A stretch of DNA of 64,000 nt from Octopus vulgaris. Taxonomy: Eukaryota. The translations under genes were made by a program, and so were the position numbers. The stretch spans positions 100,130,001 to 100,194,000 of the forward strand of contig OX597823.1 of the NCBI GenBank assembly GCA_951406725.2, written 5' to 3'. The notes under the pieces were generated by a model. The model had not been told where the DNA came from. It saw only the letters and a program-made list of their open reading frames with translations, and ran no database searches. Shown one piece after another: positions 45,287 through 59,393 of this stretch (the stretch's first letter is position 1; every line of letters begins with the position of its first letter).

Positions 45287-45351
45287 GCGCTGTGAAACCG
45301 TTGTGTTAATGGGTTATGCATAATTGTTCGTTTTTATGTGCATTGGGTTGC

Positions 45352-45412
45352 ATTACACTGACGATGGAAAATGGAAATTTCCCCTTAATCCTGAAATCAA
45401 TTGATATGTAAT
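45352..45412 (+). ncRNA. Type I hammerhead ribozyme fold (Penelope-type, palindromic stem III)
   Basis: ATTACA-CTGACGA-TGGA...TCCT-GAAA-TCAATTGA-TA-TGTAAT. Stem I is a perfect 6 bp, the core is intact and the triplet is AUA. Confidence 0.7.
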
Positions 45413-45554
45413 TGAACCTTTTCATGAATCCTTTTCGTTTATTTGTCCGAGTTTGGTGCGTGTTTATTGTGACATTTTAAGGTAGTTTAGAGACATTTGG
45501 TGTCTTCTTTCAGCATGTGGCTTGGCCTGTATACTTACTCGCTTGCCCTGATTA

Positions 45555-45661
<107 letters not shown>

Positions 45662-45665
45662 ATAA

Positions 45666-45752
<87 letters not shown>

Positions 45753-46396
45753 CGTGCGTACGCGTACATGCTAATAACGTATGTGGTATTGAACTATTCC
45801 ATATGAATTACATACAGAAAATAAAAATGGAAACACACAGAAATATAATGAAAATCAAAACAAATTTTGTCACGTTCAGAGCTTCCGACCATTTTCAGTT
45901 TTTTACTGAAATAATCGTGGTGAATGAATAACAAAGGGTATTTAATGTTTTTCTTTATGATAAGAGGTGTTGTAACAACAGGGGGTCCATGTAAGCGTTC
46001 TTTATAATAAGGATCGTTATCTATAGTTATGAATTAAGAATAAAGAATAATTAAGCGTTTAAGGACAGTTTGTATTTTTTCATATAAGTTATTATTCTTT
46101 CTTAATTACTTATTTCTTTATCGAATCTGAGCATTTGGGAGTATTTTAAAATTAGTTAAATTCATTCCTGCAGATAGTGATGTACCAGTCAAATTGAATA
46201 TCACGTAGTAATATACAATTTGACTGGTATATTCATGAAATATTTGTTGGTGGTGTACAGTCATTCGTTTCATTGTGACACACCAGGCATCCACAACATC
46301 ATTTCATAGATTAAATCTGATTAAATATATTGTTCTCTATTATAGTTCATATGATCGTAATATAAAACGCTCATGCATATGCACGCACATACGCAC

Positions 46397-46489
<93 letters not shown>

Positions 46490-46571
46490 TGTTTCTTTAT
46501 TAGCCACACAGGGCTGCACACAGATAGAACAAATTACAAGGTAGAGCTTTTCTTTTGAAGGTAAAAAAAAA

Positions 46572-46629
<58 letters not shown>

Positions 46630-46657
46630 GTGGAGACAAGGATATTTGACAATTCGT

Positions 46658-46804
<147 letters not shown>

Positions 46805-48041
46805 TGTGTGTCTGCACGCATGTGCGTGTGTACGTGCTCTACATACATACATATATCTCTAGTTTAAAATGCTACATTGTTTTAGCTACATTCCAACGAT
46901 GGAACTCCATATCTTTGTTAGAAACGAGCTCCTTCTTCAGAATAGAATCATAAATAGAAAAGAACATACAGACAGAAAGACAGACAGCCAGACAGAAAGA
47001 CATACATACATACATTTATATAAATGTACATATGCAACAAACGGACACATACACGCATACAATTAAAATTCTGTTTTAATTTTGAAATGAATATTATGTC
47101 ATTTATTATCAGCTTTTTCTTGTTTCTACGTTTATTACATTGTGTTTATAATATATAATTTCAACTGACATATACTTTCAGATACACACATAGTATTCTT
47201 GTACTTACAACCTGCTTAGCCATTTTCTACTTCTATATCTTACATAATATTACATTTCTCATATGCATGTCTTTATTAATTTTTACATTATTTCAACGGC
47301 AGATTCTGTATTACTATTTTGCTTGGACGTGTTTCTTTTCGTGCATTTTATACTTTACTCTTTTAGGCTTACGTTGTTTTTAACCTGGAAAAGTTTTGTG
47401 CATCACCGGTTTTCTTAAGCAGTTTATTTAAGAACAGCTTCAGAGGTTTTTTATGACCTATCTTCAATCTCTGTAATTTTATATTTTTTCTTATAATATG
47501 TTTTTCTTTCTAAAAATATCGATAGTATGGATTAGTTTATCGAACATGTGAATGTTTCTAATATTTATAGATATTTATAGATACGTGTGCAGTAATAATA
47601 TATTTATGGTCATCTTTTCTTTGCCTTTGTATAAATATTAATGCCGCAACTAGTTTCACTTCGATTTGACTACGAGGAAGAATAAATTTTTCATATTGGT
47701 TGTATATTTACTCTTGAACTTTCAAATTCTCTTCATTTACGTTACTCTGAATCTTCGAAGATATTCCTACAACCGCTGTCAATCAATTATTATCCTCTTG
47801 TCTGATTTGACGGTTGTATTAATTTCTTCAAAATATAGACAGTCTCACTACAAACTATGGAAAATTTCATTATCCTCCTGTAGCTGTTTCTGCTTACTGA
47901 CATTTTATATGTGTAATCTTTTCTTTTTTTATCTAAGGGCTTTTATGGGATTCATTTCCTTGATTTATTTTTAACTCGATCGGGATAAGTATAAATGTGC
48001 GAATGTGTAAATTTATATGTGGTTGTGTACGCGCGCGCGCG

Positions 48042-48101
<60 letters not shown>

Positions 48102-48334
48102 AGGTACATTCTAGAAGTTTTGAGACTCTTTTCGAAGAAATAGTAACAAGTGTCCTAGATTATTGCAAATTTACTACACAACTAATTAGCTGATCTGCCA
48201 ACTTTGCCAATCATCATTTCGGGGTCGACAATATAAGTACCAGTTGAGAACTGGAGTCGATGTAATCGATTTAACCCCTTCTCCCCAAATTGCTAGCCTA
48301 GTGCCAGAATCTGAAACCATTATTAAAACTATTT

Positions 48335-48380
<46 letters not shown>

Positions 48381-49269
48381 GGAAGAACGGCCGGGCGGAT
48401 GGATGCCTATCTCTCCACCCTGAAGACGGAGCTCAGATTTACCTAATGTCTATATGCTTCCACTACTGGTTGCATGCCCTTAATTTTTGTGAACTATATC
48501 TGCCAACATTATGACATAATTCCGACCCCCCCAGAAACAGCTGTTGAACTTGTAATACCTTACCTTCTCCCCCTTATTTTTTTGTGTCTTTGTACTCTGT
48601 GTTAGTCTGCTCTGTTAAAATATAAATGTTTATATATTTATACATGAATGTTCATTGTTTGACTACTGTCAGTCTTTGTTTTCTCTCTATTTACATGTAT
48701 ATATGTATGCATATTTTATATATCTAGCCCAAACGAAAATATGACCAAAACAACACAAATGTCGACCTTGAATTTCTCGCTCGATCTCTTGGAAGATGTG
48801 ACGGTAATGAATTCTGATATAAACGCATCTAAAACGTTCTTACAAAGAACGGTAAAATAATTCTGCAACATCTGAAAAGTAATGAATATTTTGTAATGCT
48901 TAAAAGCGGTAATAACAATCGTAACAGCAATACTTCTTGAAGTTTTTAAAATTCGTCATATGAATTTTACTTGTAATTCAAAGATTTCAGCCTCGGCACA
49001 TATTGTGCCACGCTGATTCGACTTGAGAATTACCTTACAGGCTATGCTGTGTAATACTCAGGCACTTACACGACGGTCAGACAACTGAATGCTCATATTC
49101 GAAACCGACGGAGGATTCATCATGCTTATACTAAAAAATATAACATCGTGAGTATATCATACATATATTAGCTCTTCCACAATATATAACAAGTGTTTAT
49201 AAATGATATCTTCAGAATGGACTCCTATGTATGTATGCATGGGTGTATGTGTGTGTGTGTGTGTGTATG

Positions 49270-49441
<172 letters not shown>

Positions 49442-49523
49442 CCTTCTATAAAATAAATTAATTTACTCTGCTATGTATTGAGTACCTTATTTACTGTGGT
49501 TAACCCCGACTCAACCCGGGACC

Positions 49524-49560
<37 letters not shown>

Positions 49561-49568
49561 CCAGATAT

Positions 49569-49651
<83 letters not shown>

Positions 49652-51499
49652 TATAAGGAGAAATAATAGGGGAGATAGTGTGTATATGTGAGAGAGAAAG
49701 GGGAAAAAAGATAGAAAGAGAGAGTACTTAAACACCGCGAAAATAGTATGTCGAGTAAAGTGAATGGAAACATGTCGGAAGTTCTTTGAGAATTGATAAA
49801 GTTTACACGAAATGTCAAGCTATACAGGTGGCGGTACAGGCTTCTTGGTTCCTTCTTCTTCCATAGAACCATGTAGTACAGCCTGTCGTCTCGTTACTCT
49901 CAACACGTAAGGAATATAACAGGTGATGAATAAATAAGACATGTAACGACCTTTATCATTATCAGAATTGTTAGAGTGTCGAGCAAAATTCTGTGGAACG
50001 TGCTGCTCCGGCTCTTTACAATCCAGGTTCAAATCGAAACGAGATCAGCTTTGAGTTTCATCCCTCAAGGGTCGATAAAATAGATTACTAGTGAAGTACT
50101 GATAATCTATTTTATTGACTCACTCACTCGTTCAAATGTCAAACAAAAGACACTGCATTGGCAGGTTTGTTACAGACAGAATAATTTTCGGTATTCGTTC
50201 AGGTTCTCTGAGTTCAAATCCCGCCGAGGTCAACTTCATCTTTCGACGTGTTCAAGGCGGGTTTTTAAGGGCAATTGATCGGCAGAATCGTTAAAGCGTC
50301 GGACAAAATGCCTCACGGTATTTGTTCTGACTCTTTATGTTCTGAGTTCAAACAATTTTGCCGAGAAACTTTTGATTTCATCCTTTCGAGATCGATAAAA
50401 TAAATAACCAGCCAGGTTACTGGGGAGGGTAAAACCGCACCACCACCAACACCCTATTTCCGGGCCTTGTGCCTCAGTTGAAAACAATTATGATTCCACG
50501 TCATTTCGGACGGTAGATTGGTAGAATCGTTAGAACGCTATTTATTTCTCTAAATATTGAGTTCAAATTCTTCTGCGGTCAACTTTGCTTTTCATCCTTT
50601 CATGATTGATAAAATCACTGGGTTTGATACCATCGATTGTTTTCTTCTCCCAAATTTCTGACATTCATACCTATGATCAAAGACATTCCAGTCGTGAACA
50701 TTCCATCTTTTTTTGTACATCAGAGATGATGTCAGTATTTGAGGTGCGGGAATATGGTAAGGTACGATGTGAAAAAAATTCCCTATTTCCAACTGGTCGA
50801 TCAACTGTGTAAAAAATTCCTCATTATCTCAGAGAAGGGTGTTTTAAATTTAGCTTCAATGAAGCTCTGATCCAACAATGCAATCAACCATTGCTTCATG
50901 ACGTCTTTCTGAAGTCCTGTTGGTTTTAGTCGTCTCATCAGAAACTAGAAATCGTTTCATTATACAGTGGCATCTGCCCAGCGGTTCGACTGAATGGTGA
51001 TCGACAGAAACCATTTAAATCTATCAATGATACTCTCTCTCTCTCTCATCACTACTACACGTTTTCATTCTTGACGTCTGCTGCTGGAAGAAGATGCGTT
51101 GAGGTGTATTCTGCTGGATGTAGGACACATGGTGGGGACGGTGGGCAGTGCCTGCTTAGGCTGACAACATCACTGACGTTGAGTCCAACATTTAGGAACC
51201 ATTCTCGGAGAATACGAGGCGGTAACAGGAAATATCATGCAGGACAACTGCTTTTGCTATCGATCCGCAATGGGGTTTGATCTCAATCCAAACTTCCAAA
51301 TAGGTTGAAACGATTTAGGCGCAGGGAGCCGGTCTGACTGTATCAGAAAGGAATTTACACGATGTTACCTTTGAAAGGTTGACTGGAGTTGGAAAATATC
51401 TACATTGCTTCGGTGCTTGATCGCCTTTACTTGGCCCTGGCCACTCCCGAGCAGAATGGAGCGTTTTCACTTTCACTTATTATACAAAAGAGAAGTTCC

Positions 51500-52160
51500 T
51501 TTCTGGGTCACAAAATCCATCATTCACTCCACGAATTCTTGTGATTATTTCCGTTGATAACGTACGGGGTTACTCAGCGGTTATGATACCCACATACGTT
51601 CCTGGAGGATGAGACGAAGTGATTGTCCTACGCCAATCGTGTTTGCGTTGTCCATCTCTTTCACAGAGTTAAAGTATTTTGGTCAAGAGATTGGAAGCCA
51701 AGTATCTGGAATGTTGTCAGGCGCACACACAACTCTATCAACAGATCGATACATTGTTGAGACATTGAACCTTATGTTCTCTGGGCGAGGTTATAGCAGC
51801 CATGGGTAGCGATATTCTGAACATTATCGAAAATAATGTTCTGGAGGTCGTTCAAGTCGGGGATTATGGGTAACTTCCAAAGATTCTTGGCCTATTATTT
51901 CTATCAGAAAGAATGAGTTCTGCGAGGTTCGCTGGAAATGAAGATATCGACCTTTGTGCAAGTCAGATTGCAATTATCGCATATAAGACAAATCCAGCTG
52001 TATGCCGATCCCATCGTAAACACCTCCGTGCAACCTTCCTTTGCTGTGGAAATTTTATATTTCTATAAAATTAGTTCCGCTGACGAAGAGGGTATGCTTT
52101 AAAGTACTGAAAACAAGAAATTGGATTCCTGGTTATTCTTCATTAACGGCTTCAAGTACA
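51500..52160 (+). mobile_element. Possible Penelope-like GIY-YIG endonuclease relic
   Basis: Weak translated remnants (RYIVET, VRLQLSHIRQIQ, KHLRA, FYKISSADEE). Heavily decayed. Confidence 0.3.
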
Positions 52161-55100
52161 ACATGAAAAAGGTGAGAGTGGAGAAAAATATTAAATTACT
52201 GTAAGGCAACGAGTTGGCGGCAGTGTCAGTGCGTCGAACAAAATGCATTCATTCCCACTTATTCGCTTTCTCTCCTTGATTTTCTCGCTTTCTACTTATA
52301 TTTCACTCTCTTTCTTTTCCACTTTCACTGCTCCAAAACATCTTTCTTTCCCCCTCTCTCCCTTTCTCTCTCTTTCTCTCTCTCCCCCCTCTCTTTCTCT
52401 TTCTTATAATTCTTTATTTTGCCTTCCTTTCATAGCTGCATGCAGTAACAACCTTTCTTCTACTGTTTTTTTTTTGTTTTGTTTTATGTGTCTTTTCTTT
52501 GCTTTTGTTTATTTATATTTATCAGAGCACATTCCAGGATCTGCTAGTTCCAGTATTTTGGCAGAAAGACTGTCAAGACGGCGATTTGGCACGGCAACTA
52601 TGCTATCAGATGACGTGAGAAACATGGAAAGAAAACGGCGGGGGAATCGGAATTGCAACAAAAGAACTAAACAAATCAAAAACAAAATAAATAAGTAAAT
52701 AAACAAATAGAACATTGGTGAATGAAGCCAGAAATATTTTCAACACTTTGTAACTCGCGAAATAGGCAAGGGGTCAGGTGGGTCACTGGGTATTTTGTTT
52801 GTGCGTGGGCGTAAAAGGAGATCCTTTCGGGCAGGGTGGGGTATCTTCTTCTTCTTCTTCTTATTCTTATTCTTCTTCTTCTTCTTCTTCTTCTTCTTCT
52901 TCTTCTTCTTCTTCTTCTTCTTCTTCTTCTTCTTCTTCTTCTTCTTCAGTTTGCTCATTGTGTATTTTGTGGCTCATGACAAAAATGAATGTTTTCTTTT
53001 TAGGAACGCTTTATATTAAATTGAAATCCCTCAAACATTTACGTAATCAGAGATGAAACAGAAGCTAAATTTATATAAAAACATTCGTGCATAATTATTT
53101 GTCAAGTTTACATCGGAATATTTTGATAAAGTGGATCTTCAAATTAAGTTAGGATTTCATTTCAAATTTGGCTTCTTTGAACCTACAAGCTCTTAAGGTG
53201 GGGGTTTATCCTGATTTTCAAGGTGTTTGGGATCATAGTACAAGATTACCTCCCAAACAGGACACCAATCCATCGCACAGATAATCTCTAGGGGCCTCAT
53301 TTTCAGTTGAACTTGCTGGAATAATATAAAATGAAGTGCCTTGCCCAAGAATGTAATCCTTTCTCCCGTTCCGAGAACCAAGCCCTAACAGCTACGCCAC
53401 GCCCCTTCATATTTTTAACAATTTAATTTGGTATTCATAATTAATGTTTATATATAAACACATATTTCTACAAACTTATATTTAGATATGTATTTAGACA
53501 TACATGTGTATTTATATATATACAAAGGTGTATACAAGCACAGAAAAACCTAAGCTTCAGTTTAATACATTAATTAAAACACCTTATTTTTGCTCACTGT
53601 ATCAGACAATCACTGAAATGACTATATATATGTCACAAAAATACATTATTATACCACATTATATACATTATATACATTATTATAAAGTGTCTTTCAGGTC
53701 CCAAATATGGCTTGAGAATGACGTGCTGTTTCATTTTGTCGTATGTCTGAACACAGCATTATGGTTTAAACAGCACTTCTTGAGCTTCCCCCACACATTC
53801 CAATCTAGGCGGTTGCATGTCCGTTGAAACTAACACCGTAGATGGGCAAATCAAAAATTCAGCTTTATATAAAATGATCAAGAAGCATAAGTTTTTATTT
53901 TCACAGTGCAATAATTAGCCCAGCTGCCTATGTTGACGATATTATTCAAGTAACTGTCCACCGAATTGGATGCTGGGTTTGGGGGTTTATTGGGGGATTT
54001 GGAGCGCCACCTACTAGTGAACTGGGATTATAAGGTTATGTAGTTATTTCGTAACTCTATTAAATGTTCCTTTCTCTGGTGAGATGCCCAAGATCTTTCA
54101 ATTAACATTGATGGCACGACGGAAAGCTTGGACGGAAAGCTTAGCAGTGTTTCGTCCGTCTTTACGTTCTGAGTTCAAATTCCAACGTGGTTGACTTTGC
54201 CTTTCATCCTTTCGGGCTGGATAAAATAAGAACCAGTTTAACTCAGGAGTCAAATAAATCGACTTAACCCCTCCTCCCCTGAAATTGCTAGCCTTGTGCC
54301 AAAATTTGAAACCAATTTTGATAGAACGATTCTTGAATGATGATGAAAGGCAGAGATTTTATCAATGTAATTGAGCTTTCCGTTTTGTTCTTGGTTTGTA
54401 TGATTACATAAGCTAAGATCTGGACTAATGTCTCGGCAGTTCATTCTTGTTATGTTCGTAATTACTGGGACATTTTTGAGGCACTACTCAGCTATTTCTT
54501 TTCTTTATTTACATTACGCTCTTCTATGTCGTTATTAATAGTTTGACCGTCATCACTTTGTGACTGGTATACTAAACCTAGTTTTAAGCTTATCCAGGAC
54601 GAATATTCCGACCACAGAGCGGGGATCTGTTTTCTCAAAGCTGCAAATAATAGTATCAAATGGCTCCTTTGTGTCTTTCATCCAATCAGAGTCTTTGTAG
54701 AAACATGGAGACTTTCTGGTTTCTGGTTATGTTGTCACTGCTATTATTGATATTGCAAATTGTTATCTCGATTTCCAAGATCCTTGTGAGAAGGGACTCG
54801 GGTAGAATTCGACATTATCGAATTAACTAGATTTGTATCTATTTTTATTGTTAATGTTCCTAAACCGGTTAGCTGCTGTCTTAATGCTATTTCACTCTCC
54901 TAATCTTATAGTACTTCAAATTTTATAATTAATACAATTTGTACGCGTTTTCTAATCTCATACTTAACAAGATATACAAGCTTCCACTTCGCCTTTCTGT
55001 AAAGTTCTCTTTGTCGGCTTTTACACCTCTGCTTTGCATTGCCCAAGTTTTGCACCTTCTAATCTGATTTAAGAATTATGGTTTTATTTTCTCTTCATAG

Positions 55101-55218
55101 TTAATTTTTGCCATGGGTGTCTATTTTCCAGTATCTTTTTAATGTTTTTGTTCATATGTGTGTATATAAATGTGTGATTAAGTGTATTTCTATCTATCTA
55201 TCTATCTATCTATCTATG

Positions 55219-55271
<53 letters not shown>

Positions 55272-55980
55272 GTATACACACACACACATATATATATATA
55301 CACACACACGCACACACATATCCATCCATTCACCCATACATACATACATGCATACATACATACATGCATACATACATACATACATACACACACACATACA
55401 TACACACACACATACATACACACACACATACATACATGCATGCATACATACATACATACATTGCAGCCATTATGTCCCCTTGCTTTGATCGTAGATGGAT
55501 TTAGAGGGAGGATGGCGTACTCTCTTTCTAAATAGCTTGTTCAATAATATTTCAGTTTAATGAAATGATCAAAGGGACGCCATGTAAGGTTAATATGTCA
55601 CTTGTCATAACTGCACACGTGATTCCAAACACATACATACAAACACACACGCACGCAGGCATAATCCATATATGTACATATGTACACACACACACACACA
55701 CACACCAATATACATATATGAGTGCGCGTGTGTATGCTTGTGCCTGAGTAATGCATATAAGTTATGTGTGTAGACGATTATACAAAATACGAACATGTGT
55801 ATGTATGAATATATATTTTTATACATGTGCATGCATTTATGTGGGATATACATGGATTTATATATGCGCTCATTATATATACATATATATATATTATACG
55901 AACGTGTTTAAATATACATACGTGCATTATAAATACATATATATACATACATACATACATACATACATACATACATACAT

Positions 55981-56042
<62 letters not shown>

Positions 56043-56116
56043 CTATGCAACAGATTTAATTAAGAAATTTATACCACCACCATCACCACCACCACCAGTA
56101 GTAGTAGTAGTAGTGA

Positions 56117-56198
<82 letters not shown>

Positions 56199-57897
56199 TG
56201 CTGTTGTTGTTGTTGTTGCTATCGTCGTCATTACATGAGGGAAACTGGCGATGAACTATCAGAAACCTTTAACAGACTTGGATGTTATTCTATTGTTAAC
56301 AATTGGAAAGTAGGGTAGCACCATGGACACCTTTTGTCACCTACGTCAGACATATTGTCATTCTACCAGCAACATCTAAATTACAGCCTACAGTCAATCC
56401 TTTCTATCTGGCCCGCCACTTGTGCGTCCGTCCACATGCAGGTGTGTGTGTGTGCGTGCGAGTGTCCCTCTTTTCTATTCTTATAACAACAACCACAAAC
56501 CCCATCAGAAATTGTCTTCGAGCCTTAGCGGACAAAGTGAAATAGTAACGTCCGGCCATGGGACAAGGATCGTGGATTTCTTTAAGTGGAGGCTTTATCA
56601 CCTACAGAAAGAGGGGGAAGAGTGAGAGGGGAGGGAGGGAGAGATGGGGAGAGGGAGAGATTTCTTATGAAAACGCTGATGAATCCAGTCGATCATAAGA
56701 CAGATTAGGCGCGATTTTCCTTATGGTTGTATAATCTTGTTTATGTTAGGGACAAACCATATGTCCCTTCCATTCTTATGTGACCCATGTGATCGCCCAT
56801 CTGTTCGAACGCCTCCCTCCCACGGTACACCTTGCACTAACAACGTTAACCAATCCTTCTGCCTAAGAACGTCAATCTTCTGGAATTCCTTTCCCACACA
56901 TTTTTTTCTTGCAGATGTTGAATATAAACAGAATATCTGTTACCAGTTACGGAGGTGGGAGCATGCCAGGATCGTGGACACACTCCCTCTTCCCCCTCTT
57001 CCTCCTCCACACTAAGCCATACAGAAAACAAATGCTACGCTTTTCTTAAACAAATGTGTATTGAACAGTTTCATGTTATTCTACCACAAAATACATAAAA
57101 CTGTGTGTGTGTGTAGTCGCAAAATGGCTGTGCAGTTGCTAGCAGTTCGATTCACAGCCACGTGGTTTCTGTTGCAATCCGTTTGGTCGGCACCTTCGGT
57201 TATTGTCTCCTAAGATATACTCCAAGGTAGACCAAGGTCTCTGGAAAGAATCTTGGTGAGAGAAACTCAATAAAAACCTCTGCGTGCGTGCGTGTGTACG
57301 CGCAGGCGCACACGTATGCGTATGCTTGGCTTTGCCTCCCACTGCTTGAAAATGGTGTTCGTTTCTTAGCGCGTCGGGTAAAAGAAAACGATCGGATAAT
57401 ATTACTGGGGTCAACTTGCAGCTCAAACCTTCAAAGCTATACTCCAGCATGGCCATAGTCTAATGTTTAAAACAAGTAAAAATATTGAAAGAATATATAT
57501 ATTAGTAGAAGGAATAGCTATATCTCTTTGACTGCTATTTCTAAATTCGGTGTGTTGGTGAGGCAATTCGTTGCTAAACCCTTAATTACTTAGTATTACT
57601 TAAATTTTCCTCGAATGGGGCTTTTACATGCCGAAATCTACTTGGTGTAATTGATAATTATTCCAAATTAATTAATTTCACCCTTTATTATTACTGATAA
57701 CCATATTTTATCCCAGTAAATGACCGCAGCATTTTGTCTTGGCTACACGCGGGTGGAAGGGGGCTGGTGACACAAACTTTCATTCAAACTTTGAATTTCG
57801 TGGTACTGGTCATGCTTTGGCTCGCTCTGACACTGAGTTGAGATGATGCCTTCTAGTATCTCAAAATTTAATATACAATTATTCATAATTGTAGTAT

Positions 57898-57989
57898 CCT
57901 GCGCCGATGAGAGAAGAAGTTTGGGTAAAGTAGAATTTTCTAATTCTTATGCTCTCCTAAAACTTGATCTCGAAACGTACGTCCGTAGG
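57898..57989 (+). ncRNA. Type I hammerhead ribozyme, unit 1 (CCGAUGA core variant)
   Basis: CCTGCG-CCGATGA-GAGA[..AAGTTTGGG..AGAATT-TTCT-AATTCT..CCTAAAACTT..]TCTC-GAAA-CGTACG-TC-CGTAGG. The triplet is GUC, with cleavage after 57983. Confidence 0.75.
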
Positions 57990-58485
57990 TAACTTAAAAT
58001 TGTATGATAGATTGCCGTCATTTCATTCTTTCTTTCTTACCTGTCTGTGTTTGCCTTTCAAGTGCTGTGTTTTTACTGAGATCCCCCTTTTAGTAGAAGG
58101 AATAGCTATATCTCTTTGACTGCTATTTCTAAATTCGGTGTGTTGGTGAGGCAATTCGTTGCTAAACCCTTAATTACTTAGTATTACTTAAATTTTCCTC
58201 GAATGGGGCTTTTACATGCCGAAATCTACTTGGTGTAATTGATAATTATTCCAAATTAATTAATTTCACCCTTTATTATTACTGATAACCATATTTTATC
58301 CCAGTAAATGACCGCAGCATTTTGTCTTGGCTACACGCGGGTGGAAGGGGGCTGGTGACACAAACTTTCATTCAAACTTTGAATTTCGTGGTACTGGTCA
58401 TGCTTTGGCTCGCTCTGACACTGAGTTGAGATGATGCCTTCTAGTATCTCAAAATTTAATATACAATTATTCATAATTGTAGTAT

Positions 58486-58577
58486 CCTGCGCCGATGAGA
58501 GAAGAAGTTTGGGTAAAGTAGAATTTTCTAATTCTTATGCTCTCCTAAAACTTGATCTCGAAACGTACGTCCGTAGG
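58486..58577 (+). ncRNA. Type I hammerhead ribozyme, unit 2
   Basis: Identical to 57898-57989, offset by 588 bp. Confidence 0.75.
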
Positions 58578-58776
58578 TAACTTAAAATTGTATGATAGAT
58601 TGCCGTCATTTCATTCTTTCTTTCTTACCTGTCTGTGTTTGCCTTTCAAGTGCTGTGTTTTTACTGAGATCCCCCTTTTAGTAGAAGGAATAGCTATATC
58701 TCTTTGACTGCTATTTCTAAATTCGGTGTGTTGGTGAGGCAATTCGTTGCTAAACCCTTAATTACTTAGTATATAT

Positions 58777-58846
<70 letters not shown>

Positions 58847-58958
58847 GGATGGATGGATGGATGGATAGATAGATAGATAGATAGATACATACATACATAC
58901 ATACATACATACATACATACATACATACATACATACATACATACATACATACATACAT

Positions 58959-59118
58959 AGGAGTGGCTGTGTGGTAAGTAGCTTGCTAACCAACTACATG
59001 GTTCCGGATTCAGTCCCACTGCGTGGCATCTTGGGTAAGTGTCTTCTGCTATAGCCCCGGGCCGACCAATGCCTTGTGAGTGGATTTGGTAGACGGAAAC
59101 TGAAAGAAGCCTGTCGTA

Positions 59119-59175
<57 letters not shown>

Positions 59176-59393
59176 TTGTGTGTCTGTGTTTGTCCCCCTA
59201 GCATTGCTTGACAACCGATGCTTGTGTGTTTACGTCCCCGTCACTGAGCGGTTCGGCAAAAGAGACCGATAGAATAAGTACTGGGCTTACAAAGAATAAG
59301 TCCCGGGGTCGATTTGCTCGACTAAAGGCGGTGCTCTTGCATGGCTGCAGTCAAATGACTGAAACAAGTAAAAGAGTAAAAGAGTAAAGAGTA
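58959..59393 (+). mobile_element. Full-length tRNA-derived SINE (same family as 25592-25997)
   Basis: Near-identical sequence in the opposite orientation, with an AAAAGAGT tail. Confidence 0.85.

Larger units (their letters stand above)
57502..58772 (+). repeat. Head-to-tail 588-bp repeat (2 full units plus ~95 bp), each full unit carrying a hammerhead ribozyme; retrozyme/Penelope-related
   Basis: Units start TTAGTAGAAGGAATAGC at 57502, 58090 and 58678. I saw no differences between them by eye. There is (TA)n on both flanks and no ORF of 60 aa or more in the track. Confidence 0.9.

Noticed and set aside
52076-52130. CTGACGA...GAAA suggesting a hammerhead
   Set aside because: There is no convincing stem I or III. 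It reads better as decayed coding sequence (FYKISSADEE).
57502-58772. CRISPR array or LTR retrotransposon interpretation of the direct repeats
   Set aside because: The units are 588 bp and directly abutting, with no spacers, no internal domain and no TG...CA ends. The context is eukaryotic.
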